From an uncultured virus (IMG/VR IMGVR_UViG_3300027743_000024) (taxonomy: Duplodnaviria > Heunggongvirae > Uroviricota > Caudoviricetes), in the IMG/VR virus record IMGVR_UViG_3300027743_000024: a stretch of DNA of 64,000 bases; one strand, written 5' to 3'. This document shows positions 56,742 through 64,000 of this stretch, piece by piece. The stretch's first letter is position 1, and the number at the start of each line of letters is the position of its first letter. A model generated the notes under the pieces. The model searched no databases and had not been told where the DNA came from. It worked only from the letters and a program-made list of their open reading frames with translations. Both the position numbers and the translations under genes were made by a program.

Positions 56742-56829
56742 TGTGTTGTTCCTTTGAGAAAGGAATTGGTTAGAGAGATAAAGTGAAGGTTATGCTAACA
56801 CTCTACAACACAGAGGACTTCTCATCCTC
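56742..56829 (+). ncRNA. Structured RNA candidate with kissing loops
   Basis: TGTGTTGT/ACAACACA stem; loops TGAGA and TCTCA complementary. Confidence 0.5.
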
Positions 56830-56835
56830 AAACAT

Positions 56836-56907
56836 TGGACAGAGCAGGGTATTGTAGCTTGAGGTTCCTAGGCTCAAGAAGATGGGTTTCAAATACCCAC
56901 TGTCCAG
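56836..56907 (+). ncRNA. tRNA-like RNA E (degenerate D arm, 9-nt central loop)
   Basis: TGGACAG/CTGTCCA+G, T-arm TGGGT-TTCAAAT-ACCCA, CTTGAG-GTTCCTAGG-CTCAAG. Confidence 0.55.
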
Positions 56908-56914
56908 CAAAAAT

Positions 56915-57005
56915 AGTCAGGTGGCGGAATTGGTTAGACGCTATATAGCAGTTTGGAAACAAGCCCAGCTACGAAAAATTACAGGTTCGAATCCTGTCCT
57001 GACTA
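56915..57005 (+). ncRNA. tRNA-like RNA F (anticodon arm replaced by GAAA-capped hairpin)
   Basis: Same 5' 27 nt as RNA C; TAGC-A-GTTTG-GAAA-CAAGC-CCA-GCTA; ACAGG-TTCGAAT-CCTGT-CCTGACT-A. Confidence 0.65.
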
Positions 57006-57006
57006 C

Positions 57007-57113
57007 AATAGGTTGATTGGGGAAAGCTGCTCATGCGGAAGAGGAGGATATAATCCAAAGTAATGCCAATCATAAAAGCAGATGTCCACGCACCCATCTT
57101 CTGCTTTCCTATT
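57007..57113 (+). ncRNA. Structured RNA candidate (three-way junction)
   Basis: AATAGG/CCTATT, TGATTGG/CCAATCA, AAAGCAGA/TCTGCTTT. Confidence 0.5.
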
Positions 57114-57149
57114 TTATTTAATTATTAATATTTAAACTAAAAAAAACTA

Positions 57150-57290
57150 ATGAAAATAGTAATAACAATAGGAGATTTTAAAGTTGAACTATCTGATAAT
57201 ACTGATAGTGCTATAAAATACATTTTTGTAGAAATTAGACAAACAATAACAAGTGTTGTAACAGATTATAAATCACTAAACAAACAATAA
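57150..57290 (+). CDS. Mini-gene (46 aa) ending SLNKQ
   Basis: ORF read manually; ends in array junction motif. Confidence 0.5.
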   Translation: MKIVITIGDFKVELSDNTDSAIKYIFVEIRQTITSVVTDYKSLNKQ

Positions 57291-57294
57291 TAAT

Positions 57295-57492
57295 ATGGCA
57301 GACATAACAAAATGTAAAGGTATAGATTGTTCAATTAAAGATACATGTTATAGATATACAGCAATTGAATCAATATTGCAATCTTACTTTATGGAATCTC
57401 CTATTAAGGATGGTAAATGTGATATGTATTGGGGTGAGGATGCTGAAGCTATATTTAATCAGTTAAAAGGAATACTAAACAAACAAGACTAA
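57295..57492 (+). CDS. Cys-containing mini-gene ending LNKQD
   Basis: MADITKCKGIDC...CYRY; 65 aa. Confidence 0.65.
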   Translation: MADITKCKGIDCSIKDTCYRYTAIESILQSYFMESPIKDGKCDMYWGEDAEAIFNQLKGILNKQD

Positions 57493-57623
57493 TATGAAAA
57501 CAGAATTATGTTAGAAAACGAAAATTTGAATGAAGCAGAAAAACCGCAATTGAATATAGGTGCTGTTAGGTATCAGTATTTTTAAACAGAAGGGGAGAAA
57601 TTAAAAACTAAAATTATATAGAT

Positions 57624-57944
57624 ATGAGAAATGAAAAAACAGTAACAACAAAATTAATGATGAGCTTGTACGCAATGGCTTCCCATCAAGGTTTTTTAGG
57701 TGTTAGAACAGGTAATAATGATTTAGATTTATTTGTTTTAAATCAATGGATTAGAAAGCGTATTAATATCCATATTTTAATTGAATTAGACTATGAAGAA
57801 GGAATGTATAGAATAAATGCTTGTAATATACAACGTGAGCCTGAATGGATGTTAAATAAAATATACGATAAATATTTATTCAAAAATTATGAATTCGCTT
57901 TATTTACAGGTATTAGTGAATTTTTAAAACAAAACTATTTATGA
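57624..57944 (+). CDS. Hypothetical protein (cassette 1)
   Basis: 106-aa ORF. Confidence 0.6.
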   Translation: MRNEKTVTTKLMMSLYAMASHQGFLGVRTGNNDLDLFVLNQWIRKRINIHILIELDYEEGMYRINACNIQREPEWMLNKIYDKYLFKNYEFALFTGISEFLKQNYL

Positions 57945-58207
57945 AAACAAAAGACGATTTAAAAAAAGAGTATGTTTTTAGGCATACAAAAAATTGGGAT
58001 AAAGAAACTACTGAAAAATACATATATAATGTTTTAGAAGATTTTAGTGTTTTTTATCAGGGATATTTGGAAGGAATAAAATCTGTTGCTGATAAAGCAT
58101 TGCCAATTTTAGAATACACAAAAGGCAAATTAGATTCATCGGCAGGCTTTTTTCAGCAATCAGTTGATAATTTAATAACGGATTTGCACACACACACAGG
58201 CGGGTAG
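57941..58207 (+). CDS. Hypothetical protein (cassette 1)
   Basis: 88-aa ORF, ATGA-coupled. Confidence 0.6.
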   Translation: MKTKDDLKKEYVFRHTKNWDKETTEKYIYNVLEDFSVFYQGYLEGIKSVADKALPILEYTKGKLDSSAGFFQQSVDNLITDLHTHTGG

Positions 58208-58223
58208 GGTTTAAAAATATTGT

Positions 58224-58317
58224 ACCTAACGGTCGAGGCTATGAGCAGTTGCCTTGTAAATACTGTTCAATTAACCAACAAACGCTGATAGGCAATTGCT
58301 TATAGCCTTTGTTAGCA
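58224..58317 (+). repeat. attC-like recombination site (94 bp)
   Basis: ACCTAAC ... AGGCTATGAGCAGTTGCCT / AGGCAATTGCTTATAGCCT ... GTTAGCA. Confidence 0.65.
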
Positions 58318-58673
58318 AACGTATTTTATGGATTATAAATTAACAACAAACAGACAATATTCACACCACGATAAAGATGGTGCTGATAGAAATTACATAT
58401 CCTATTTTTTGAATGGTATATTAATATTGAAACAAAAAATACCATTTGATACAAATTGGGAAAGAGGTTTTGATAGACGAACATCAATATATGATGAATA
58501 TATTTTGAATGGTAAAATGTATCAAAAACGCAGAAAATGGCTTGGGTGTTCTAATGAGGATAATGATAAAACAGAGATACGAGAAGTATCATTTCCATTA
58601 TCAAAAAATAGATTAGCACAATTTGATATACCAAAGGACTTTCGGATTGTGGTGTCTTAATATGTTTGCTAAC
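58311..58673 (+). mobile_element. Integron-like gene cassette 2
   Basis: Starts GTTAGCAAACGTATT, ends AATATGTTTGCTAAC (14/15 complementary), tightly enclosing one ORF. Confidence 0.6.
58328..58660 (+). CDS. Hypothetical protein (cassette 2)
   Basis: 110-aa ORF. Confidence 0.65.
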   Translation: MDYKLTTNRQYSHHDKDGADRNYISYFLNGILILKQKIPFDTNWERGFDRRTSIYDEYILNGKMYQKRRKWLGCSNEDNDKTEIREVSFPLSKNRLAQFDIPKDFRIVVS

Positions 58674-58727
58674 TAATGGCTAACCGCCATAACGTGGCGT
58701 ATATACAACTAAATAAACAAGACTAAT
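58667..58727 (+). repeat. Direct repeat copy 1 (47 bp exact, 61 bp with 2 mismatches)
   Basis: TGCTAACTAATGGCTAACCGCCATAACGTGGCGTATATACAACTAAA, repeated 490 bp downstream. Confidence 0.9.
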
Positions 58728-58971
58728 GAAAACTAAAGAAGAAATAGTAATACAAGCAAAAGCGTATGCAGAATCTATTGGTAATGAAGATGGAACATCT
58801 GCTTATGATTATGTAATGGGTTACAACCAATGCCAAGAAGATATAAAGGAATATATTTTTGAAGTAGCATTTCAATTTCATAGATTAGGCAAATATAGTG
58901 GTAACACAAGTGATACTCATTTTACTGATATTTATGAAGAAACAATAAACTCACTAAACAAACAAGACTAA
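58726..58971 (+). CDS. MKTKEEI...LNKQD family mini-gene
   Basis: 81 aa; shares GYNQCQED block with 59385-59594. Confidence 0.65.
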   Translation: MKTKEEIVIQAKAYAESIGNEDGTSAYDYVMGYNQCQEDIKEYIFEVAFQFHRLGKYSGNTSDTHFTDIYEETINSLNKQD

Positions 58972-59162
58972 TGACAAGTAGAGATTTTGCCTTTTGGCTA
59001 CAAGGGTTTTTTGAAGTAAGCAATGCTGAAACAATTACCAAAGAACAAACACAAGTGATTAAAAAGCATTTAAACTTAGTATTTAAGCATGAAATAGACC
59101 CAAGTATGGGAGATGAAAAACATCAACAGGAGTTAAATGAAATACATAGCCCTTACTGCTAA
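58971..59162 (+). CDS. Phage mini-gene (MTSRDFAFWLQGFFE)
   Basis: 63 aa; TAATG-coupled. Confidence 0.65.
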   Translation: MTSRDFAFWLQGFFEVSNAETITKEQTQVIKKHLNLVFKHEIDPSMGDEKHQQELNEIHSPYC

Positions 59163-59217
59163 CTAATGGCTAACCGCCATAACGTGGCGTATATACAACT
59201 AAAAAAACAAGACCAAT
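59157..59217 (+). repeat. Direct repeat copy 2
   Basis: Matches 58667-58727. Confidence 0.9.
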
Positions 59218-59385
59218 ATGAACAAAATAGAGAGAGCAATTTATGATGCTAAAATTCATATAAAAGATTTAGAAAAAGACAGACTTATAATTGAAACTAA
59301 AATTGATGCCTTTAACAGTATGCTGACTAACTTAGAAAGCATTGAAAGTTCTACAAGTATTCCACATATAAACAAACAAGAATAA
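59218..59385 (+). CDS. Mini-gene (55 aa) ending INKQE
   Basis: ORF read manually between two junction motifs. Confidence 0.55.
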   Translation: MNKIERAIYDAKIHIKDLEKDRLIIETKIDAFNSMLTNLESIESSTSIPHINKQE

Positions 59386-59594
59386 TGAAAACACAAGAAG
59401 AAATAAAACAGTTAGCTGAATCAATTTATGGTAAAGGTAAAGTTGAAGATTATGAAGAAGGATTTATAGATGGTTACAACCAATGCCAAGAAGATATGGC
59501 TAAGAAATACGCAGAAGATGATATGTTAAAATGTTGGAATACTGCTCACAAAATGGCAGAACAATACTACAAAAAAACATTTAAACAAGACTAA
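59385..59594 (+). CDS. MKTQEEI...FKQD family mini-gene
   Basis: 69 aa; TAATG-coupled. Confidence 0.65.
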   Translation: MKTQEEIKQLAESIYGKGKVEDYEEGFIDGYNQCQEDMAKKYAEDDMLKCWNTAHKMAEQYYKKTFKQD

Positions 59595-59860
59595 TGAAAA
59601 CAAAAGAAGAAATAGAAGCAATGGCAAATGACTTTGTATCACTTGCATTTAATAAACAAGATTTGTATGATGGCTTTATAAATGGCTACACTCAAGGCAG
59701 TTTAGATATGGCTAATGTTGATAATGTAAAAGTAACAAGATTTGAAGTCATTGATGAAAGTGGGAGAGTATATACTAAGCGTAAGTGTAAAGTAGAATTA
59801 TCTTACCAAGATGATGACACAACTTTAAAAGTATTTATTAAACAAACAAGAATAATATGA
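59594..59860 (+). CDS. MKTKEEI family mini-gene fused to VTRFEVID...GRVY module
   Basis: 88 aa; TAATG-coupled. Confidence 0.65.
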   Translation: MKTKEEIEAMANDFVSLAFNKQDLYDGFINGYTQGSLDMANVDNVKVTRFEVIDESGRVYTKRKCKVELSYQDDDTTLKVFIKQTRII

Positions 59861-60034
59861 AAACACACATCAAAGCATCACTCATCACACTGTTGATTAT
59901 ATCAGCAATTATAGGATTAGTATATTCAATGATATTTTATCCTCAATTATTGGTAGATATTTTTATGTATATAGCATTAGTGGTAGTTGTTGTAGCCATT
60001 TATCAATTAGTGTTAATAAACATAAAGAAATAAG

Positions 60035-60149
60035 GGTCCTCATTACCATTATAATAAAAGCAAAGAAGAAGTATGTCAGCTATAATGGTTATGTAACGTC
60101 TGTGACACTATATGTTTTCATACTTTCCTATAGTGTAGATAACGGGACC
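60035..60149 (+). ncRNA. Structured RNA candidate with kissing loops
   Basis: GGTCC/GGACC, ACCATTATA/TATAATGGT, ACACTATA/TATAGTGT; loops contain AAGTATG and CATACTT. Confidence 0.5.
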
Positions 60150-60171
60150 AAATTATTAAATAAACAATACA

Positions 60172-60378
60172 ATGACAGTTATACATGAAGTACAACAAGT
60201 TTTATGGGTAACTACACCACATGGTGATGGTCAAGTTCTTTTTATTATGGACTATGGTGTACATGAGAACACTATCTGGGTGGTAGCCTTAGAAGATGGT
60301 AGTGAAATAAAGCATTATAATACCACACAAATAAAACTTTGTTGGAATAATACATTAAATTTTAATCTAAATAAATAA
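60172..60378 (+). CDS. Hypothetical phage protein
   Basis: 68 aa; WVTTPHGDG...DYG motif. Confidence 0.6.
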   Translation: MTVIHEVQQVLWVTTPHGDGQVLFIMDYGVHENTIWVVALEDGSEIKHYNTTQIKLCWNNTLNFNLNK

Positions 60379-60383
60379 AAATT

Positions 60384-60530
60384 ATGACAAGTTATGATGA
60401 TTGGAAGTTAGCAACACCTGATAATGAAGGTGATGCAATTAATGTTGAATGCCCTGAATGTGAAGGATGGGGATTAATTGATGATGAAGAATGTTTTGAA
60501 TGTGAAGGTAAAGGAATTATTAATAAATAA
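60384..60530 (+). CDS. Small zinc-finger protein (DnaJ-type CxxCxGxG x2)
   Basis: CPECEGWG and CFECEGKG in a 48-aa ORF read manually. Confidence 0.6.
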   Translation: MTSYDDWKLATPDNEGDAINVECPECEGWGLIDDEECFECEGKGIINK

Positions 60531-60540
60531 ACTATAAAAA

Positions 60541-60813
60541 ATGGGACAAAAAGTAATTATTGAAGATCTACAGCCTGGTAAAACATCCAATGGCAATGAT
60601 TATTCTACAGAGAGTATGAAAGTTTACATTAAAGCTCAACATAAGTTGTCTGCTTTAGTGCCTAGAGATGCAACAGTTTGGACTAAAACTGATAGTGAAA
60701 TAAAAGAATTAAAGAAAGCTAAAATGCAACATAAAGTGTTGATGCTATCTAATTATCCAGAATACACTAATAAATCTGATTTTTACACTCAAAAAGCGCT
60801 AATATGGAACTAA
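60541..60813 (+). CDS. Hypothetical protein
   Basis: 90-aa ORF. Confidence 0.55.
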   Translation: MGQKVIIEDLQPGKTSNGNDYSTESMKVYIKAQHKLSALVPRDATVWTKTDSEIKELKKAKMQHKVLMLSNYPEYTNKSDFYTQKALIWN

Positions 60814-61094
60814 CTAACAACCAAAAAATCAATGAATTTTATTCAGAAGCATTATCATTCATACAAAGAGATGATTATAAGAAAGCAACTAAGATTCTAT
60901 ATAATTCTATGCCAGAATCATTATATGATCAGTCTATGGATATTCTATTTAATAGAAATACAAAGACAATTGATGATGAGTTTAAAGAGCTAAGAGAGCT
61001 AATTAAAATGGTTGATGATAAGTTATGTGCTTTTTCATTTAAAGATGAAGTTAATGAAGAGATAGTTGATCATTTTAATGGTGATATATTTTAA
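60804..61094 (+). CDS. Hypothetical protein
   Basis: 96-aa ORF. Confidence 0.55.
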   Translation: MELTNNQKINEFYSEALSFIQRDDYKKATKILYNSMPESLYDQSMDILFNRNTKTIDDEFKELRELIKMVDDKLCAFSFKDEVNEEIVDHFNGDIF

Positions 61095-61096
61095 TT

Positions 61097-61285
61097 ATGA
61101 TAGTAGAAATAACAAGAGAAGAGAAGAGTCAAATTGTTAGAGATACATTGGACAGAATAGTTTATTGTAATAACTATAAAGAAGAGCTAATAAAGCTTAA
61201 TAGTAAATACAATCCACATAGAGATGTCAAATATAGATATAACAGTATTCAAGAAACTTTAATAATCCCTCAAATAATAACATAA
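61097..61285 (+). CDS. Hypothetical protein
   Basis: 62-aa ORF. Confidence 0.5.
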   Translation: MIVEITREEKSQIVRDTLDRIVYCNNYKEELIKLNSKYNPHRDVKYRYNSIQETLIIPQIIT

Positions 61286-61286
61286 G

Positions 61287-61529
61287 ATGAATTATAGAGA
61301 TAAGAAAAGATTAACAAGCAAAGATAAGTCTTTAATAAAGGCTAGATATTTTGCTAAAGTGGAAGAATATAAGCTAAAGACTATTGATGAGTTAACTGAT
61401 ATATTTAGAAACACTAAGATATCAGCAACAGATAGGAATGCAATTATTGCTGCAACAGAATATCTAATGCAAGATAGTATGGACAAAATTACAACAATGA
61501 AAATTGATAGTGAAATAGATGCTGAATAA
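61287..61529 (+). CDS. Hypothetical protein
   Basis: 80-aa ORF. Confidence 0.55.
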   Translation: MNYRDKKRLTSKDKSLIKARYFAKVEEYKLKTIDELTDIFRNTKISATDRNAIIAATEYLMQDSMDKITTMKIDSEIDAE

Positions 61530-61885
61530 TGGCAAAAAAGAATACAGGAGATAAGTCATTAGTAATTTCTAAAGCTATATTTGACAAGTTTACTAAAATT
61601 GATGATAAGAACATTAAAGATTTCTTTAATGAAACTACAATGTTTATAATAATTGTCAATGCTAAAAACAAAATTAATATGTTGCATTCATTTATGGTAA
61701 CCAAAAAACTTACTAAAGGTGTGTTTAAATTCAATTACATGTGGGATGGCAACTTGTCATCCTGCAATGTAATTGTAAGAGAGAATGAATCAGCAGAAAA
61801 TTATGAAATTAGAATTAATGATTTAAAATCCTATATGAAAAATGAAATCAAACTTGGAAGATTGTATGCAAGATCAATACAATGA
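61529..61885 (+). CDS. Hypothetical protein
   Basis: 118-aa ORF, TAATG-coupled. Confidence 0.55.
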   Translation: MAKKNTGDKSLVISKAIFDKFTKIDDKNIKDFFNETTMFIIIVNAKNKINMLHSFMVTKKLTKGVFKFNYMWDGNLSSCNVIVRENESAENYEIRINDLKSYMKNEIKLGRLYARSIQ

Positions 61886-62042
61886 GCTTACATTAGTTTC
61901 AATTGTTAATAGTTTTACAATTGTAGATAAAAAGATGAAGATAATTAATATATCTGAAGATATGTTATCTGAAGATAATTTGAATTATTTAATGCAATTA
62001 AAAAAGAGATATAAATATAGTTTACAATACACAATTAAATAA
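61842..62042 (+). CDS. Hypothetical protein
   Basis: 66-aa ORF; true start may be the internal MQDQ. Confidence 0.4.
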   Translation: MKSNLEDCMQDQYNELTLVSIVNSFTIVDKKMKIINISEDMLSEDNLNYLMQLKKRYKYSLQYTIK

Positions 62043-62048
62043 AAAGAA

Positions 62049-63230
62049 ATGGAACAAAATTTAATATTAGACATTAATAGGATTTCTAAGAAACTTCTTG
62101 TTAATGATATTTTCTATGGTTTGTTTTTGACAACAATAGAGAAAAAAGAATCAAAAGATGTGCCATTGGCTGCTGTTGGTCTTAATAAGAATACAATGGA
62201 ATTCTGTTTAATAATTAATCCAGAAGAATGGTTTAAGCTTACAGATGAGATTAAGTTTGGTGTATTAAAACATGAGGCTATGCATTTAACAGCATTCCAT
62301 TTAATAACTATGGATTTATATCCAAATGCTAAAATGGATAATATTGCTTGTGACATTGATATTAATCAAAAGATACCAAAGCAATATTTGCCAAAATGGG
62401 GATGTTTCTTGGAAGAATTCCAAACAAAATATCCACTATTAAATTGGCAAGAAAATGCTGGTAGAGCTCATTATTACAAAGAACTTGGTAAATTATCTGA
62501 AGAAGAAAAAGAGGAGATTGGTATTGATGAAAAATCACAGCATAAATGGGTTATAGTTGATGGTAAAGGTAAGCCATGTAATGGTGAATTAACTGATGCA
62601 ATGAAAGATGCTATTAGAGTTCAGGTTGAACACACTATTGAGAATATAGCTGAAGAGATTCAAAAGTCTCAAGGTAATATTCCTGTAGAAATTGATAAAT
62701 TGATTAAAGGATTTGTTAAGCCTAAGCCTAAGTTTAATTATGCCAAATATATCAAGAATTTTGTTGGTAATTCAACTAAATACATGATTGGATCAACTAA
62801 GCTTAGAGAGAATCAAAGATTCCCAGGACAGCCTAAAATCATATTAAAACCAGTATCTAAAATGCTTGTATTGATTGATGAGTCAGGTTCTGTTTCAGAA
62901 AAAGAATTGTATGATTTCTTAAATGAAATTCATCACCTATCTAAGAAAACTGATATAGAAATTAGACCATTTGACACTGCTGTAATGGATCCTGTTAAAT
63001 ATTCTGGTAAAGGATCATTTAAAAGAACTAATTGTGGTGGTACATCATTTACAGCTGCTGTTGATTTTTATAATAAAACCAAATACAATTCATGTATTAT
63101 ATTTACAGATGGATTTGCAGAAACTCCTCCAGTATGTAATAAGCGTTTATTATGGGTTATTAGTTCTAATGGTGATGAATCTCCTATAAAAGATCATGCA
63201 ACATGGATTAAAATCCCTCAAGAGAATTAG
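62049..63230 (+). CDS. Metallopeptidase-vWA domain protein (DUF2201-like)
   Basis: KHEAMH (HExxH), NIACDIDIN, vWA MIDAS DESGS, GGT and FTDG motifs. Confidence 0.85.
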   Translation: MEQNLILDINRISKKLLVNDIFYGLFLTTIEKKESKDVPLAAVGLNKNTMEFCLIINPEEWFKLTDEIKFGVLKHEAMHLTAFHLITMDLYPNAKMDNIACDIDINQKIPKQYLPKWGCFLEEFQTKYPLLNWQENAGRAHYYKELGKLSEEEKEEIGIDEKSQHKWVIVDGKGKPCNGELTDAMKDAIRVQVEHTIENIAEEIQKSQGNIPVEIDKLIKGFVKPKPKFNYAKYIKNFVGNSTKYMIGSTKLRENQRFPGQPKIILKPVSKMLVLIDESGSVSEKELYDFLNEIHHLSKKTDIEIRPFDTAVMDPVKYSGKGSFKRTNCGGTSFTAAVDFYNKTKYNSCIIFTDGFAETPPVCNKRLLWVISSNGDESPIKDHATWIKIPQEN

Positions 63231-63290
63231 GTGTCTTAGTTAAGACATTGATTAAAATAAAATAACATAGTTATAAAAACAACTTAAAAC

Positions 63291-64000
63291 ATGAAAATTA
63301 CACAACATCCTATAATTGATATTAATGTATCAAAAGCTTTAGAATTGCCATTCAATAGACCTAAAATTGAGAAACAAATAAAAATCATAGGTCAATCTGT
63401 AGTTTCAGTAGGAATTCTTAGAACTCCTGTATTTGTAAAAACAAAAGCTATAACTGGTAGATATGAATTATATAGTCTTGATGGTCAGCATCTTATAGAA
63501 GCCTGCAAAAGACTTGATGTTAAAACTGTTAAAGGCATAGTTGTAGAAACAGATTCTATTAGTGAAATGGTAAAAATGATGTCATTACTTAATAATGTAA
63601 ACCAAAGATGGACTCTCATAGATTATGTTAATTCATATTGTGGTACAGGTAATGCTGACTTCTTTGCATTAAAAAACCATTCCATTACTAATGGATTTAC
63701 TATAGCTATATCAGCTAGTATTCTTAGTGGAACTAATGTTTCAGGTGCAGGGTGTAAAAGTATTAAGAATGGTACATTTAAAGTTAATGCTGTTGAGCAA
63801 GATGTTATTACACAAAATCTTATTGATGTATCTACATTGATTAATACAACTAATGCCAAATTTCATAGAGCATATCTTAATTTTTATAGATCACTTGGTA
63901 GCACTTATAATCATAAGAAAATGATAACTAAGATTCAAGCAAGCAAAGAGTTTGCTAAGTTACCACATGATCAAACTTATCTTTATGATTTAATTCACAA
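63291..64000 (+). CDS. ParB/Srx-like domain protein, truncated by window end
   Basis: ATG at 63291, MKITQHP...PFNR...LDGQHL; appears open to the window edge. Confidence 0.65.
   Translation, partial: MKITQHPIIDINVSKALELPFNRPKIEKQIKIIGQSVVSVGILRTPVFVKTKAITGRYELYSLDGQHLIEACKRLDVKTVKGIVVETDSISEMVKMMSLLNNVNQRWTLIDYVNSYCGTGNADFFALKNHSITNGFTIAISASILSGTNVSGAGCKSIKNGTFKVNAVEQDVITQNLIDVSTLINTTNAKFHRAYLNFYRSLGSTYNHKKMITKIQASKEFAKLPHDQTYLYDLIH

Larger units (their letters stand above)
57565..58230 (+). mobile_element. Integron-like gene cassette 1
   Basis: Starts GTTAGGTATCAGTATTTTTAAAC, ends GTTTAAAAATATTGTACCTAAC (near-perfect inverted complements); CpG-rich. Confidence 0.6.

Noticed and set aside
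56836..56907. Amber suppressor tRNA (CTA in central loop)
   Set aside because: Loop is 9 nt, CTA is off-centre, D arm is degenerate and no recoding is evident.
57150..59860. CRISPR array
   Set aside because: Repeats are irregularly spaced by whole ORFs of 150-650 bp; no cas genes.

Overview
AT-rich, strongly CpG-depleted segment of a crAss-like (Crassvirales-type) bacteriophage, probably infecting a Bacteroidota host, read in the standard genetic code. Positions 1-50.4 kb (minus strand) are the late/virion arm: terminase, portal, ferritin, scaffold, major capsid, ring/hub/fibre proteins, lysis genes, muzzle, cargo proteins and a 4322-aa virion RNA polymerase polyprotein. Seven copies of a TAAGTTG-N20-TATATT promoter were found (six in this arm, one before an endonuclease gene). 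From 50.5 kb the plus strand carries small early genes and a dense non-coding RNA region. The most unusual signals are: (i) integron-like gene cassettes (one complete attC-like palindrome, cassette ends that complement each other) inside a junction-linked mini-gene array at 57.1-59.9 kb; (ii) six tRNA-shaped RNAs lacking a canonical anticodon arm, four sharing one acceptor stem, interleaved with kissing-loop/pseudoknot RNAs; (iii) a -1 frameshift (GGGAAAG plus hairpin) that appends a lysozyme-like domain to a cargo protein; (iv) four CAAAC/CAACC-loop hairpins at the strand switch; (v) a promoter- and terminator-bounded 270-nt unit with no long ORF ahead of the packaging genes; (vi) a twister-like ribozyme. 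Structural protein names rest largely on gene order and motifs; no database searches were run.
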